From positions 116,126,001-116,190,000 of the forward strand of contig NC_043000.1 of NCBI RefSeq assembly GCF_006345805.1: 64,000 nt of DNA, read 5' to 3'. Positions 26,148-40,720 of the stretch are shown one piece after another (within the stretch, counting starts at the first letter, position 1; each line of letters starts with the position of its first letter). This DNA is from Octopus sinensis. Lineage: Eukaryota. A program made the translations under genes and the position numbers. Under the pieces are notes generated by a model. The model saw only the letters and a program-made list of their open reading frames with translations, had not been told where the DNA came from and did no database searches.

Positions 26148-26754
26148 ATCTATCTATCTATCTATCTATCTATATATATATATATATGTATAAATTATTT
26201 ATGCACATACATACATACATATATATATATACACACACACATATATTTATACGATACATACATACATATATGTATATATGTCCATGTTGTATTTTTTCTA
26301 CATACCTTAATATATATATATATATTATATATATATATATATATGTATACAATTATTTATGCACATACACATATGTATATATATATAATATATATATATA
26401 TACACACACATATATATTTATTGATGTAAGTGTATGTGTATGTATGCATGCATACATGTATGTATATATGTATGTGTGCATGTATGAACGTAGGTTTGTA
26501 TATAACATATCTGAGTTTTCTTATATCATTTCCCACGTCTTCTCAAGAGCTTTCGTTGTTTCCTTTTCTCATAAATACAATATTTATTCGAATACAGTTT
26601 CTTTCAGAGATCTTTCAGCATCATTAATTTTATGCTTTATCTAGAGATTCACAGTCGTAAACATCGACTAGGAAAAAAAAAGTGTGATATATTTCAGCAC
26701 AATATAAATTTCCTTCATGGAATATATATATGTTTTTAGGTAAACGTCTTTGGA

Positions 26755-26819
<65 letters not shown>

Positions 26820-28080
26820 GACGACGGTGAAGCTCTATGTAGACGACGGTGAACAGGTGTGGTCGCCGTTTGTGAGGCACGCTTTCCCGCAGCTTGTCTC
26901 CATGACCGAACTGCAGTCGTGGATCAAAAAGAGGCCGAGGAAGGGCGAATGGCACCGCGAGTGTCGCGTTGCTCTCAAGCAAGTCTGCCGTCCTGGGTCG
27001 ACCTTAAGTGACTTCAACACAACCAAAGCATTCTATAGGGGTTTAGTGGAGGGGAGGTACGACACGAGCTCGGGGCGAACCTGGACGTCGACGAGGAGTA
27101 CCTGACCGCCTGTTCGGGACGGACTTTCGGGCAGGGCCAGGCCGATGGACAACTTCCAGAGATCCCTGGCCTGGCAGTGCTACCGAGAAGCGCTACCGTT
27201 CGGGATAAGCTCTACAGACACGGCTCGAGACCACGGGGCCGACCTGCCCGAGATGCGGGTCAGAGCGACGAAACCGTTCTGCACGCACTCGTTCAGTGTC
27301 CAACAATTCCTCCGACCTGTGGGCTTATGTCGAACAAAAAACTGCTGTCACGTGTGGGACGAGTCGGTTTTATCAGCTGAGTCTATCGCCAATATTGTCA
27401 CGCCTCCTCCTTCCTTCAAACGGGAAGGAAGAGCTATTTTCATCATCCTTGTGGCTATGGCGAAAGAATGTATCTGGTGGACGCGTCTGAAAGGATTGGA
27501 GACAAACACTTTCCTCTCTGGTCAATCTCTCATCAACTTCTTCAATTACCACTTGAAAAGGAAAGTGAGAGTAGAGAGCAAGTTTTGTCTAGCGAATGTT
27601 TTAAAAAAAGAGGGGTGAATGTTGCAAGAATGGCACGTATGAATGACGAAGCCACCTTGAGCATGTCCTATAACCCGAAATCGAAAACAGAGAGTTACTT
27701 ATTTGCAAAAAAAAAAAAAAAAAAAAAGAAATATAAAGTGACTTCATTGACCGAGGTTACCGTGGTCTTTTCCGTAGGCTTTTCTTTCCACGGGTAAACC
27801 TCACCTGTCCTCCCCTTTACACTTCATATTGACATTTCTGTGATAACGATCCCTATTGATCATTTTTTTTTTTTTTTTTTTTTTTTTTTTCCTCTCCCCC
27901 TTTTTTTTTTTTTTTTTTTTTCCCCCCTTTTTTTTTGTCCTCTTCTCTCCTTTACGATCCCTTTTGATCGAACCTCCCCCTTCCTAATTTTTTTTTTTTT
28001 TTTTAATTCCCTTCAAAAGAAAAGCTCTACCTTGTAATTTGTTCTATCTGTGTGCAGCCCTGTGTGGCTAATAAAGAAAC
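26820..28080 (+). mobile_element. Tx1/L1-clade LINE, 5'-truncated (ORF2 C-terminus with zf-RVT-like knuckle plus 3'UTR), inside (TATC)n
   Basis: ..KAFYRGLVEG..MDNFQRSLAWQCYREALP.RDKLYRHG..(CPR)CGQSDETVLHALVQCP..ECIWWTRLKG.. with frameshifts; ends gccctgtgtggctaataaagaaa; (TATC)n at 26755-26819 and from 28082. Confidence 0.85.
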
Positions 28081-28321
28081 ATATCTATCTATCTATCTAT
28101 CTATCTATCCATACTTACGTGCGTACACACGTACGTACAAACGTACGCACGTACGTACAAACGTACGCACGTACGTACGTACGTACCTACCTACCAACTT
28201 TCCTACCTACCTACCTATCTACCTACCTACCTACCTACCTACCTACCTACCAATCTGTATCTACTTTCCCCTATGAGGCTGTATGCCAGTCTCCTTATTT
28301 ATCACATATCTATCTATCTAC

Positions 28322-28389
<68 letters not shown>

Positions 28390-28499
28390 ATATCTGTTTG
28401 TCTGTCTGTCTGTCTGTCTGTTTATCTGTCTTTACCTCCCTTCGTACTGGCCGACGTGCCTATCTGCCTATCTACCTACTGGCCTGCATACCTACCTAC

Positions 28500-28605
<106 letters not shown>

Positions 28606-29022
28606 ATACTAGGCTACAGTGACAAACATATGTTGTGTGTATGTTTGTGTGAAAAAGAGTGATCGCAATTTTGTTTGTTGCATTGTGTGCGATTAAGCAT
28701 GTGTGTGCGAATGTATGTATTTGTATGCGTGTGTCTGCTTGGTGTCAAACGATATTCATCTCTGCTCCTAACCTTTAATTGATGTTATATTCTGTTTAAA
28801 GTAAAACAGAAAGCACGAACACAGGGTTTCGATCTCACGGAAACACACTGCAATAACGCGCATAAGCTTACACATATATCTCTGAGGAGCAGATAAAGAG
28901 ATACTCCCCCGCAAAATTTCACACCATATATATGTGTATATATATATATATATATTATATATATATATTACATATAACTATGTTTACACACACAAACACA
29001 CACACCACACATATATATATAA

Positions 29023-29065
<43 letters not shown>

Positions 29066-29256
29066 TATGTATATCTGCCTACATATGCACCTATCAATTT
29101 ACCTATATCTCTCTGTATGTGTGTGTGTCTATGCATAGACACACACACACATGTATGTATGTATGTATGTATTTATGTATATATATCTTTATAACCAGAA
29201 ATGGCTCAGACGAAAGTATATATATATATATATGTATATGTATATAAATGCGTGAG

Positions 29257-29299
<43 letters not shown>

Positions 29300-29365
29300 G
29301 TATGACAGTAAATGGGAGATCGTGTTAACCGCACGTTGAGAAATGATAGGAAAGGAAAAAATAGG

Positions 29366-29396
<31 letters not shown>

Positions 29397-30362
29397 CTAC
29401 ATAAAACAGGCAGGGATAGACTCAATGAAAGAATGGGAAAATGAAATTAAAATGCTCCACTGACTGAAGAGAATTGAAGAGATGTATGGTGAAAGATGTC
29501 AGCAGTCGCAGTAACAAACGTCGACATACATCAATGAGTAGGAGATGTCAAGATGACCGAAAAGGGAAATATATCTTTTAGACATTATTTATATATTCAT
29601 GCATATATGTGTCTATGCATTATCATTGTCTACGTGTGTCTCTATATTCTGCCGGTGTGAGTATTTTCTTATGTATATTATATCCGAATATGTATGATTT
29701 ATGTTCAACCTACATGAATTTTATATTTCATCAATAATTATTTTGTATTCCCATTCTCCAATATATATATATTGGAGGGGTCTAGAGACGATCTTCATAT
29801 CTATAATAGATTAGCTCGTCGACTTTTATGGAAATATCACCAGAATGATGTATGTTTAAATGCCAATGCTCAACGGTAAACCAAAGTGATATCTATCCAT
29901 CTTCGAGGCATTTCGGATCAGATAGATGGCTAGCATCAAATTTTGTCGGAATCTATCAGAGATTGAATCCCCTTAGTATTCAAGTAGATTGTCACGTTGA
30001 TAGCTTGAGCAAAGAAAGAAGAATCTACTGGGATGCACCTCGATAAATGTGAGTTTAGTTGTGTGTTCATATGTATATAGATACACACAGATACAGACTG
30101 ACATACGCACGTATACACACACACACACAACGTAAAGAAATAGGGTTTGGGAATTCAGGTAGATAACTTATTAGCATTCTAATGTAGTCCACATCTGGCT
30201 AACCACATCGAATTAGAAGGAACATGTAGAATTGTTTCAGACAAAAAAACTACTCAGTAGTTCACTCGATAGATACATCCTGATTTCGCTTCATTGGAAT
30301 TCATGCAACATCACTGGTGTTGATATATACATACAACATATGATTCTATCTATCTGTCTATC

Positions 30363-30514
30363 CGATCCCTTTTTATATTTTCTGATCCCTTTTGATCGGA
30401 ATTTTACATTTGCTTCCTTTTTTGTTTCCTTCTTTTTCCATCTTCGAAAAGAAAAGCTCTACATTTGTATTTCTCCCCTCTGTATTTCAGCCCTGTGTGG
30501 CCAATAAAGAAAGG
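30363..30514 (+). mobile_element. Second, severely truncated copy of the Tx1 3'UTR, also in (TATC)n
   Basis: Shares gatcccttttgatcg, aaaagaaaagctctac and agccctgtgtgg-y-aataaagaaa with 27950-28079; ctatctatctgtctatc upstream and (TATC)n from 30515. Confidence 0.8.
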
Positions 30515-30635
30515 TATCTATCTATCTATCTATATCTATATCTATCATCTATCTATCTATCTATCTATCTCTATCTATCTATCTATCTATCTATCTAACT
30601 GTCTATCTATCTATATCTATCTATCTATCTATCTC

Positions 30636-30668
<33 letters not shown>

Positions 30669-31624
30669 ATATATATATATCTATATATCTATCAGTCTGT
30701 CTGTCTGTCTATCTGTCTATCAATTGCTATGCATGTATATATATATCTTGTCGCTCAATCTCTCTCTCTCTCTTTCTCACGATGTATACACACACATACA
30801 ATTTTAAATAATGACTTGTATATTTATAAACAAGGTTACGCGTTTATTTCAATCATTTTTGATTTCTTTGGTTTTAAGTAGAAAAAGAAAACACGTATTT
30901 CTACATTCCTAATATAAGATTAAACGCAGCAAAGCTAAGAACGCCATAAATGGAATACAGTACAAATATGAGAACGAGGCATTTACTTTCAAGGTGGATA
31001 GAAACCTGAATCTAAGTGTATTTTGATCGATATTTAGAGAATTTTTAGCATTCTAATGGTTGAATATTGATTTAAATTTAAATAGAAAATGTAAACTTTG
31101 AGAAGAAAGTAACATGCTTAAATACGATATTTACAGGGACAAAGAAAAACAAAAGTAAATATGGAAGATGGAGTGAAATTTAAATTTAAATAATGTTATA
31201 TAGGAACATTAGGGACGTAAATATCCTAAAACATAGTGGACGAAATTCTAGTCTAAGTTAACACATTAATTTTAGAAATAATTGTTTACCTCTGTAAAAG
31301 TATAAACAGAAATATGAAATTACGTTTGCTTACAAAATGTGTAATTAATTTTGCATAGCCTCGGACATGGCTGCGTTGCTAAGAAGCTCGTTTAGAATTA
31401 TGTAGATTCGGGTTCAAACTCACTGTACGGCACATTGGTCAAGTGTCTTCTATTACAGTCCTGAGCCGACCAATGGCTCGTGGGTGAATTTGTTGACTGG
31501 AAACTTAATGAAAATATAATAACACAGGACTACTTGCTAAGCAGTTTGGACACCTGCAAAATACCTACACACTTACATACATACAACACCCCCATACACA
31601 CACATATGTACATACATTCATATA

Positions 31625-31895
31625 TATACATATGTTCCTTCTCGAGCCATGCTTGGCTCATAAGGGCCAGTTTCTCGGTTTCAGTGGGCTTAGGTTCCCC
31701 ACCTGGATGATACGCTGGTCCGTCAGAGGTGAGATGCTAGATGCAGGAGGAAAGAGTGAGAGAAAGTTGTGGCGAAAGAATCAGCAGAAGTTTGCCATTA
31801 CCTTCAGCGGGAGCTGCGTGGAAGGTTAGGTTTTTCGTGCATAAACACTCACATCAGAGATTCGAACCTGCGAGTACGCTGCTCTAACCACTAGG
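31625..31895 (-). mobile_element. SINE family A, AAC-tail variant
   Basis: Reverse complement of the 11723-12008 type (gttccttctcgagcc...cataagggcc; ctctaaccactagg). Confidence 0.8.
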
Positions 31896-31905
31896 ATGTG
31901 CCTCT

Positions 31906-31952
<47 letters not shown>

Positions 31953-32139
31953 ATGTATATATATGCATATATATATATGTATTTATACATATGTATGTAA
32001 GTTTATATATAACACACACACATATATATATATAACACATACACATACACACATATATATGTGTGTGCGTTTGTACGTTTGTGTGTCTGTGTCCCCATAA
32101 CATCGCTTGACAACCGATGCTGGTGTATTTATGTCCCTT

Positions 32140-32540
32140 ACTTGTTTCAGTCCCTTCTTTACTTCCTTATTCGTTTCAGTCATTTGACTGAGGCCATGCT
32201 GGAGCACCGCCTTTAGTCGAGCAAATCAACCCCAAGACTTATTCTTTGTAAGCCTAGTACTTATCGGTTGTCAACCAGCATCGGTTGTCAAGCGATGTTG
32301 GGGCGACAAACACAGACACACAAACATATACACACATATATACATATATATACATATATATACGTATATATATGTATACGACGAGCTTCTTTCAGTTTCC
32401 GTCTACCAAATCCACTCTCAAGGGTTTGGTCGCCCCGAGGCTATAGTAGAAGACAGTTTGCGTATAGTGTCACGCAGTGGGTCTGAACCTGGAACCATGT
32501 GGTTCGTTAGCAAGTTACTTACCACACAACCACTCCTACT
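32140..32540 (-). mobile_element. SINE family C
   Basis: Tail, internal microsatellite and head as in 3820-4357. Confidence 0.85.
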
Positions 32541-33096
32541 TCTAAAGAAATGTATAAATATTAAGCATCAAAAGAATCATGCAAAATCTGCCGGGACTTG
32601 ACAAAATTTTCTTAACTTAAAAGCTCATTTATAAAGATTTGAAAGAAAAATCAGTCGGTACAATATATTTTTAATTAAATATAATACCAATGATAAAGCT
32701 AATATTTTCCATGTATTTTTCTTTTGTTATATTAAAATTTACAGGTAGCTTACATTTTCACATTAATGTGTGTAATTAGGTATTTTGTAAATTTTTTAAA
32801 ACATCAATTTTTAGAATAAAATGAAATCTAAAATTGGAAAATTAAATTTAGCGCATTTGTGCTTCAGTATGTAGGTGAATTTTGCACTTCGAGTTTTCTC
32901 ATCAGGAATTGTAATGAAACTTAAATTTGAAAATAATGAAGACATTCTAATTAGTAATTTTTAACAATAAAAATAGCTTAAAAAGTAATTTTTAACTATT
33001 GATATTTTCACCTGATTTTATTTTAATTTGCATTCAATCAGCAACGTATGAAAGTAAACTTACTATATTCCATTTCGCTAATAACTTTATCTTTTA

Positions 33097-33212
33097 AATA
33101 ACACGAATGTCGTGGGTTCGAGCCCCATACTGGCTATATTTTAATTTTTTTAACGGCGGTGCATCAGCATGATCGCAGCTCTGAGTTGAAACTAGAGAGA
33201 AAAAAAAAAAAC
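33097..33212 (+). mobile_element. Short SINE: 3' half of a tRNA-Ile(AAT)-like head, T-rich spacer, CR1-type tail
   Basis: aataacacgaatgtcgtgggttcgagccccatactggc resembles the 3' half of eukaryotic tRNA-Ile(AAT); then ggcggtgcatcagcatgatcgcagctctgagttgaaac and poly-A. Confidence 0.6.
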
Positions 33213-34269
33213 TCGAAATGACGTTTTTCCCTAAGACCAAGATCTGAAGAAAACGGAATTATTGAATAAATACATTCCTAATGACCTTTGGCATTCAAAA
33301 AAAAAAAAAACCCAAAAAGATAAATCTGAAAAGTGAAAATATCTTACGCAACAATAAAAGAGTTTTTCTGAACAAAATTAATTTTTTATACTTTTATTCA
33401 ATGCTGCAATGATTGTTCAAATCCATCATTAGGAATGGTACAACACCACAAAAGTCTCTATTAAATGAGAATCTAATCGTGTGCAATGAATGCCAAAATC
33501 TCATTTATGTCGTGCTTTTGCACAACTGAACATCCATTCAACATGGCTTTTAGTTGTATGAGTAAATGGATCAAAGAAAATCCGTGTATATTTGAATATC
33601 TTGTATGGAAGAAAACAATTTAATTGATGCCGTTTTATGATTTCCACAGATCCCTCACGAAATGTTACTGGTAAAACACAATCTTACGCTACATCTAACG
33701 GTGTTGCAATCAAAGAACCTAGCTATGATTTGACATTTTATATTCGCGCTAATTAGTTCTTCGTCATTATATTACCTTTTTCTAGAATGTTTTTTCTTTA
33801 TCAATTATTTGCCTCACAACTTCTTACAAAAGAGTGATATTGCTGCAACATTTTCATCCTTTGTATTCAGACTACTGATCATAAAGGAACGACACGACTG
33901 GGAACGTTACTAGTTATATAACAAAAATCCATCAGTCATGAGTCGGTCTTTTATATCATAAATACTCCCAGACGTAGCTACTCGGGAAAAAAGAAATTAA
34001 CGAATCTATACAGAGTAACAACGACAGGGCGTCTATATCATCATTTGACCTGTGATAATATGGATTAGCTAGATATATATTCACACACACACACACACAC
34101 ATACACACACACACATACACACAGACACATACACACAGTCACACACACACAGACAAACACGTAGCACACATACACATGCACGCACGCAAAGTATATAAAT
34201 ATATGTATATTTATACCCACACACACACACACGCACACACACACACACACATATATATATATACATTCT

Positions 34270-34642
34270 TTTATTCTTTTACTTGTTTCAATCCTTTGAC
34301 TGTGGCCATGCTGGTGCACCACCTTTCGTCGAGCAAATCAACCCCAGGACTTATTCTTTGTAAGCCTAGTACTTATTCTATCGGTCTCTTTTACTGAACT
34401 CCTAAATTATGGGGACGTAAACATACCAGCATCGGTTGACAAGTTGTGTTGGGGGAGAAACACACACACACGTATATATACAACGGCTTTCTTTCAGTTT
34501 CCATCTATCAAATCCACTCACAAAGCTTTGGTTGGCTCGAAGCTTTAGTAGAAGACACTTGCCCAAGGTGTCACGTAATGGGACTGAATCCGAAATCATG
34601 TGGTTGGTAAGCAAGCCACTTACTACACAGCCACTCCTGCGC
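34270..34642 (-). mobile_element. SINE family C
   Basis: Tail, internal microsatellite, head. Confidence 0.85.
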
Positions 34643-34713
34643 CTACATATATATACTATATACATACATACATACATACACACACACACCCACACACACA
34701 CACACACACACAC

Positions 34714-34768
<55 letters not shown>

Positions 34769-34772
<4 letters not shown>

Positions 34773-34919
34773 TTTATTTAAAAGCAGCAGAAAATTCAAC
34801 AAAACCTGTTACTCTGAGTTTTGTTGAATTTTCTGCTGCTTTTAAATAAAGTATATTACTCTACCCCTGGTATTGAGTACTCTTTTTTCCACCTTGTTTC
34901 ACATTTATGTGTTTACTCC

Positions 34920-34921
<2 letters not shown>
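34769..34921. mobile_element. About 150-bp hairpin element flanked by (TA)n
   Basis: 37-bp inverted arms 34769-34805 and 34818-34854 plus a unique tail; reverse-complement copy at 50908-51054. Confidence 0.75.
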
Positions 34922-34987
<66 letters not shown>

Positions 34988-35028
34988 GGATCGGCAGAAA
35001 GTTGATTCACCACATACCGAAATTTAGA

Positions 35029-35086
<58 letters not shown>

Positions 35087-35139
35087 TACATTCATACACA
35101 CATACACACGCACACACACAGATATGTTTTATTTTCTAC

Positions 35140-35510
35140 ATGTTTTAGTCATTAGATTGAGACCATGCTAGAGCATCTCCTCCAAGAATTTTCGTCGAAT
35201 GAATCGGCTGTACTACTTTTAGACCTGGAACTTAGTTACTTGGAGATAACAGACCAGCACCGGTTGTCAAACAAAGAAACAAATACCGACACACATATAG
35301 ACACACAGACATCTACATACAGTAACACACGGACACAAGCACGCACGCACACATACCCATATATAGGGCAAGTTTCTTTCAATTTCCGTCTTCCGAATCC
35401 ATTTCGAAGGTGGTCGGCCTGATTATGGTAGGAGACACTTGCTCAAGATGCCACGAAGTGGGACAGAACCTGGACCCCTGTGGTTGTGTAGTAAGCTTCT
35501 TTCCACAGAG
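35140..35510 (-). mobile_element. SINE family C, diverged
   Basis: ttttagtcattagattgagaccatgctagagc...gacacttgctcaagatgccacgaagtgggacagaacc. Confidence 0.7.
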
Positions 35511-36189
35511 AAAAACTACCTCATGCCCTTCTCCAGTCTTGATTTTATGACCAGTTCTTTTCAAGATTGTAACAATACAGAAAGCTTTTGTATGAATTGT
35601 AGAAAGGAATACAATTTTATTTATAACGTAAAATATATACAACAAAGCGTTCCATTCCTTACCTGACAACATTTGTATTTATTGAAACGTTCATACAAAT
35701 GTACCTATACTTGTGTTATATTTCATATATCCCATTTCATGCATGCCAACATCTCTGTCCAGTTTCAAATTACTATCCCTGTGTATATGGTATCATGTTT
35801 GAAAAACCTATTGCTTTGATGTAAAAGATATTCTCTTCTTTCTTAGACATAGAACTATTTGAGTATTTTCCCATTTCTTTATTTGCTGAGGGCAGCTTGT
35901 TTGTAAAACAAAAATACTAAAGTTTTTTGGTGAACATTCATAAATAACAGCAACACAGTATTATTCCACTACACCAGTTACAGAACTAAATGATTGATGA
36001 TTCATCGTAGCTGAGATGAAAGCATTTTAGTTTTGGTAGTGCACAAAAAACCTTAAAGATGGAATTCATATTTTCTGGTTTCTTGCTAATTGCGATTTGA
36101 CAATATATATACATACGTATATGCATACATACATACATACATACATAAAAAATCCATACCTACATGTTAAGCTCCGCATCTGCTAGAGA

Positions 36190-37460
36190 TACCAATGTAA
36201 CACGTAATTTCTTTGTGGAAGACATGAAAATTTATAGGAAAGTTTATACAAAGAACCAAAACAACTGGACTTAATAATATTTTCAGCTGACACAAGAATG
36301 AAATTTGGTGAAACTAAATAAGAGGTATATGCTTATTGAATATGGAAAATCATCCCCCATCCAAACCCAAAACTTTAATTTCTGTTCCACATAAATAATG
36401 CGGCAAGTTCCTAGGCATGGAAACATCTGAGGGTATTCTGAAAAAACAAAGACAGAGTGAATTGAGAATACTACATCAGACTTTGAGAAATGTAGTAGTC
36501 AGAACGTTCCTCTTATGGTAATACATTATTAGACAATAATGCCAGTGTTGTTACTAAAATCTGGGACACTTGAATGATCTGTAGGGTAAATGCAGACACG
36601 TTAAAACTTGAAAGATCTTGACATCAACTGGAAACGTGCACAGAGACACTAATATCGGCAAGCTCTACCTGAGGAGAGATGATGGAAGAAGAGACTTGAG
36701 ATCAGAGCAGATAACATTTGACAGTCCAATACTATGTACGGAACATCAACAACAACAATAATACATAAAATTAGGGCTGAAAAGCGAATGCCGAAACATC
36801 CAACCTTTCGGCAATGGGTTCTCGGGAAACACTCTCTTCCCGATGACCTATCACACAATAGTAAAACAGCTGTTCTATCCTGCCTCATAGAAGACCAAGA
36901 TATGAAACGCTTGGCAAGTCAAAATAGAATTTAAAAAAAGAGAGAAAGGAAGACTATGCGTAGCTGTGTTTCCCGAAGTCTTGGCGATGACAGCAATTTC
37001 ACCATGAAGTGTAACCTTCGCTTATTCGTGACCACTGTATCATATGACACTTCGAAGGCTGTGCATTTGCAATCGAAGAACAGGAAATTGTCACGAAATA
37101 TCTGGTAAACAGTGGAAGTAGTGAAGCACTTGCTTCTCTAAGATACAACGGAGAATGTCTATTACGTCACATTTCTGTGAAAAATATACATGTGGTTAGC
37201 ACCTGCTCAAAAATGTCAACGACATACTACCTCTCAATGCGAGACGACCTTGTCTCTCAAAGCAATATACAATGCCATCGCTAAGAAAGACTGCTCTGAT
37301 ATATCTGTAGAGAATCTCCTGTTACTATTTACGTAATATCTAGGTCGCTTTCATTCTTTTGTTGTCTTACCATTTCTATCAATATATATATATATATATA
37401 TATACATATACGAATATACACATATACACATACATATATACACACACACACACATATATA

Positions 37461-37501
<41 letters not shown>

Positions 37502-37507
37502 TATACG

Positions 37508-37538
<31 letters not shown>

Positions 37539-37736
37539 ATATACGTATAATAAATATATATAAATATATATATATACATATACGTATATATAAATATATA
37601 AATATATATATTACATATACGTATATATAAATATATATAAATATATATACATAGACTTATACGTATACATAATATATATATATATATATATAGACTTATA
37701 CGTATATAAAATATATATATATTATAGACATATACG

Positions 37737-37771
<35 letters not shown>

Positions 37772-38180
37772 ATGAAATTCTGGTACGTATGTATGTAATA
37801 CACAGTCTTTGCATATGTATACATTCTCATAAATGTTTAAAAATAAATAGGCAAAATATATAGACAGGAATACAAGATATATTTGTGGAACATTCCATCA
37901 GTACAAACCTGATATCGTTTTGTCGGTGGGTGGCGGGAAACGTATAGTAAAAGTTCCTGTATGTACTGTCTTAGACTTCAACAACCCTGCTGATACGAAT
38001 ATCTCATCGGAAATCAGAGAGGAGAAACTGTGCAGACAACCGCTTCGAAACATTCAACCTCTCTATCCAGGTTATGAATTTCCGTTTTAGAACAATAGTA
38101 ATCGGTGCGCTTTGATTTGGGAGTAAATGCCTGAATGAGAAACTGAAGAAGCTCTGATCTCCAGAGAAGTAAATCGACCG
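36190..38180 (+). mobile_element. Old R4/Dong-like RLE-type LINE (RT to RLE), interrupted by a TA microsatellite at 37375-37830
   Basis: FVEDMKIY (36212; decayed YADD motif), LYLRRDDGRRDL, EGCAFAIEEQEIVTKYL, HVVSTCSKMSTTYYLSMRDD, YKPDIVL..CTVLDFNNPADTNI, LYPGYEF..IVIGAL; many stops. Confidence 0.75.
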
Positions 38181-38569
38181 GCGAACACGCGTATTACAAA
38201 TATAATCTGTAAACGGAATAGTAAAGATATGCAAGAGTTTAGGAAATTCAAATTGCGAATTTGACTTCATTTTCTATATTCCAGCAATGGATTTCGTATC
38301 ATTGTTCGAATCCAGCTGCTTCTTTGCATGGAGACGTAAAATAATTAAAGATATAAGAGAAGTATCTACGTACATACATGCATACATGCATAAATACATA
38401 CATACGTACATACATACGTACAAACATACATACGTACATAAACACGTACATACATACACACGTACAAACATACATTCATACATACATACATACATATATA
38501 TAATATACATAATACATACATACTTACATACATACATACATACACACATACACATGTTCATACATACAA

Positions 38570-38740
38570 AGGTCCAGGAAAAAGGAAACATTTGCAGAGA
38601 ATTTATGTCGAAATTACATATCTTGTACCCAGACTATAAATTCTTATTTGTACCTAATATCCCAGGTGCATAAGGTTATGTGCCAATAAATTTCCACAAG
38701 GCCTAGAAAGACTCGGTTTCACGGAAAAAAGAGCAAAATA
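38570..38740 (+). mobile_element. Second R4-like RLE C-terminal fragment
   Basis: KVQEKGNICREFMSKLHILYPDYKFLFVPNIPGA*GYVP. Confidence 0.65.
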
Positions 38741-39680
38741 ACTGAACCCGACCACACAATTACAAACCATGGGAAGTCTCTTAACCCAAAAAGTATTGTT
38801 GCTTTGTTAGGAACCGGCTTGAACCACGTATGTGTGGTATGAATTTCAACAAATTCTCGGTCAGTTAAAAAATTAAGACGTTATTAGGAAGAAATATATA
38901 AATAGCCATATGCAATATAGCTACTCCTTGTTTCCTGGGCGGCTTATTGAATTTACGTCACCATTGTTCGAGTCAGATACGTCAGCAAGATGCGTTTAAC
39001 GTAAATGATGGTTGAATGAACACAAGTGGTCGGAAAAAGACAGAAAAAGTTATGAGGGATATAATTCAAAAGATACCGATAGGATAAGTTCTAGACTTAA
39101 AAATAATTGCCAGAGTCGATTTATTGGACTAAATCCTAAAATGACCGCAGACCTTTGGCTGAAATAAGTAAGGGGCAACAATAAAATAATATATTCCCAA
39201 ATTGTCTCCTAAATAACACAATTCTTTTTATAAACTGGAAGGATGTATTTGTTCTACATTTTGACTCAAGACCCGCACTTTCGTGCGTGTTGGTAAGTTA
39301 ATTACATTGTCCCCACTGCTCAACTGGTAGTTATTTTCTTGACTCCAGGAGGATGAAAGGTAAAATCAGCCGCGGTGGTATTTCAACTGAAAATGTAAAT
39401 TCGGAAGAAATGCGCCGAAGCATTTAGTTCGGAGTGTTAATGCCGCGGTACGTTTGTCGCCTTCAAGTATATATTAGAGAATATAATCCTTTGTATTCGT
39501 AACACACACCACTAATCACAAGACATTGGCATTCTCGGCAATGTTACTACAAATAAATTTACACACGACGGGTATGACTTGACTACTTTTATCGTAAGCG
39601 TAACCAATCGGGTTTAATCTTAGCTATTCGTCATAAACTTATGGAACGTTTATACGGTAATTATGAGAGGCTGTCTTAAC

Positions 39681-39865
39681 CATAGTTGGAACTGCTTGAA
39701 AAAGCTTGAAATTATTTTCTGTGCAATTTTCTCAGTAATAGCGAGTTTTCTGTATACTGTACAAATAGGAGCGCCTTTGGCATGTTTAAAATCTTGAGAG
39801 CGAACTCGGAGAAGCAGGTGTCGGATATGATCATTTCCTCTACTTGGCACTCGAACGTCATGTGA
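39681..39865 (-). CDS. Candidate 185-nt exon (SHDVRVPSRGNDHIRHLLLRVRSQDFKHAKGAPIC...)
   Basis: aatcttatctcttttcAG acceptor, TG|GTTAAG donor, open phase-0 frame, unique sequence; no homology recognised. Confidence 0.3.
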
Positions 39866-40099
39866 CTGAAAAGAGATAAGATTTATACAAGTTTCGAAAA
39901 CGATTAACATATGTCATAGAGAAAAAACAGAGTTAGAGCTACTAAAAAAAACTAACTAAATATATTAAAAATAAAAAGCAAAAAAATTATAAAACGTTAC
40001 GATAACAATGTTTTTTGTGATGATTCAATTAAGATTGGAAAGTAATATAAGTAGATGCAAAAAGGCGAACGAACATAATCTGGGAACCCAACATTTTAC

Positions 40100-40296
40100 A
40101 TAAACATTATTTCAGTCACTGGACTTCGACCATGCTAGGGCCCCGCCTTATTCTTGTAAGCCTAGTACTTATTCTATCGGTCTCTTTTGCGAACCGCTAA
40201 GTTAAGGGGAAGCAAACACAGCATCGGTTGTCAACCGATGTTGGGGACAGAAACACACACACAAATATATACACACATACATATATATGTATGTAT

Positions 40297-40357
<61 letters not shown>

Positions 40358-40520
40358 GACGGGCTTCTTTCAGTTTCCGTCTACCAATCCACTCACAAGG
40401 CTTTGGTCGGCCCGAGACTATAGTAGAAGACACCTGCCTAAGCTGCCACGCATGGGACTGAACCCTGAACCATGTGGTTCGTAAGCAAGCTACTTACCAC
40501 ACAGTCACTCCTACGCCTAT
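40100..40520 (-). mobile_element. SINE family C
   Basis: Tail, internal (CA)/(TA), head. Confidence 0.85.
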
Positions 40521-40526
40521 ATATAC

Positions 40527-40720
40527 CATGAAACAAAAGACAAAGACAGGTGTAAAAACAACAAACAAGTGTATTAGCTTAACGCTCGGGAAGTTGAGAA
40601 AGTCTTTTACGTTTCGAGCCTACGCTCTTCAACAGAAAGGAGGACGAGGAAATAAACATGGAGAGAATAAAAAAAACTTTAGTGGCTAGAGGTCGATCAT
40701 TGCGGCTGGGTCGACGGAGG
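40527..40720 (-). mobile_element. Penelope-like terminal remnant with hammerhead-like motif
   Basis: Minus strand 40604-40639: CTTT CTGTTGA A GAGC GTAG GCTC GAAAC GTA AAAG. Confidence 0.6.

Noticed and set aside
27707-28005. Long poly-A and poly-T runs inside the Tx1 3'UTR as a separate processed insertion
   Set aside because: The flanking motifs are collinear with the second 3'UTR copy; more likely expanded homopolymers or long-read error.
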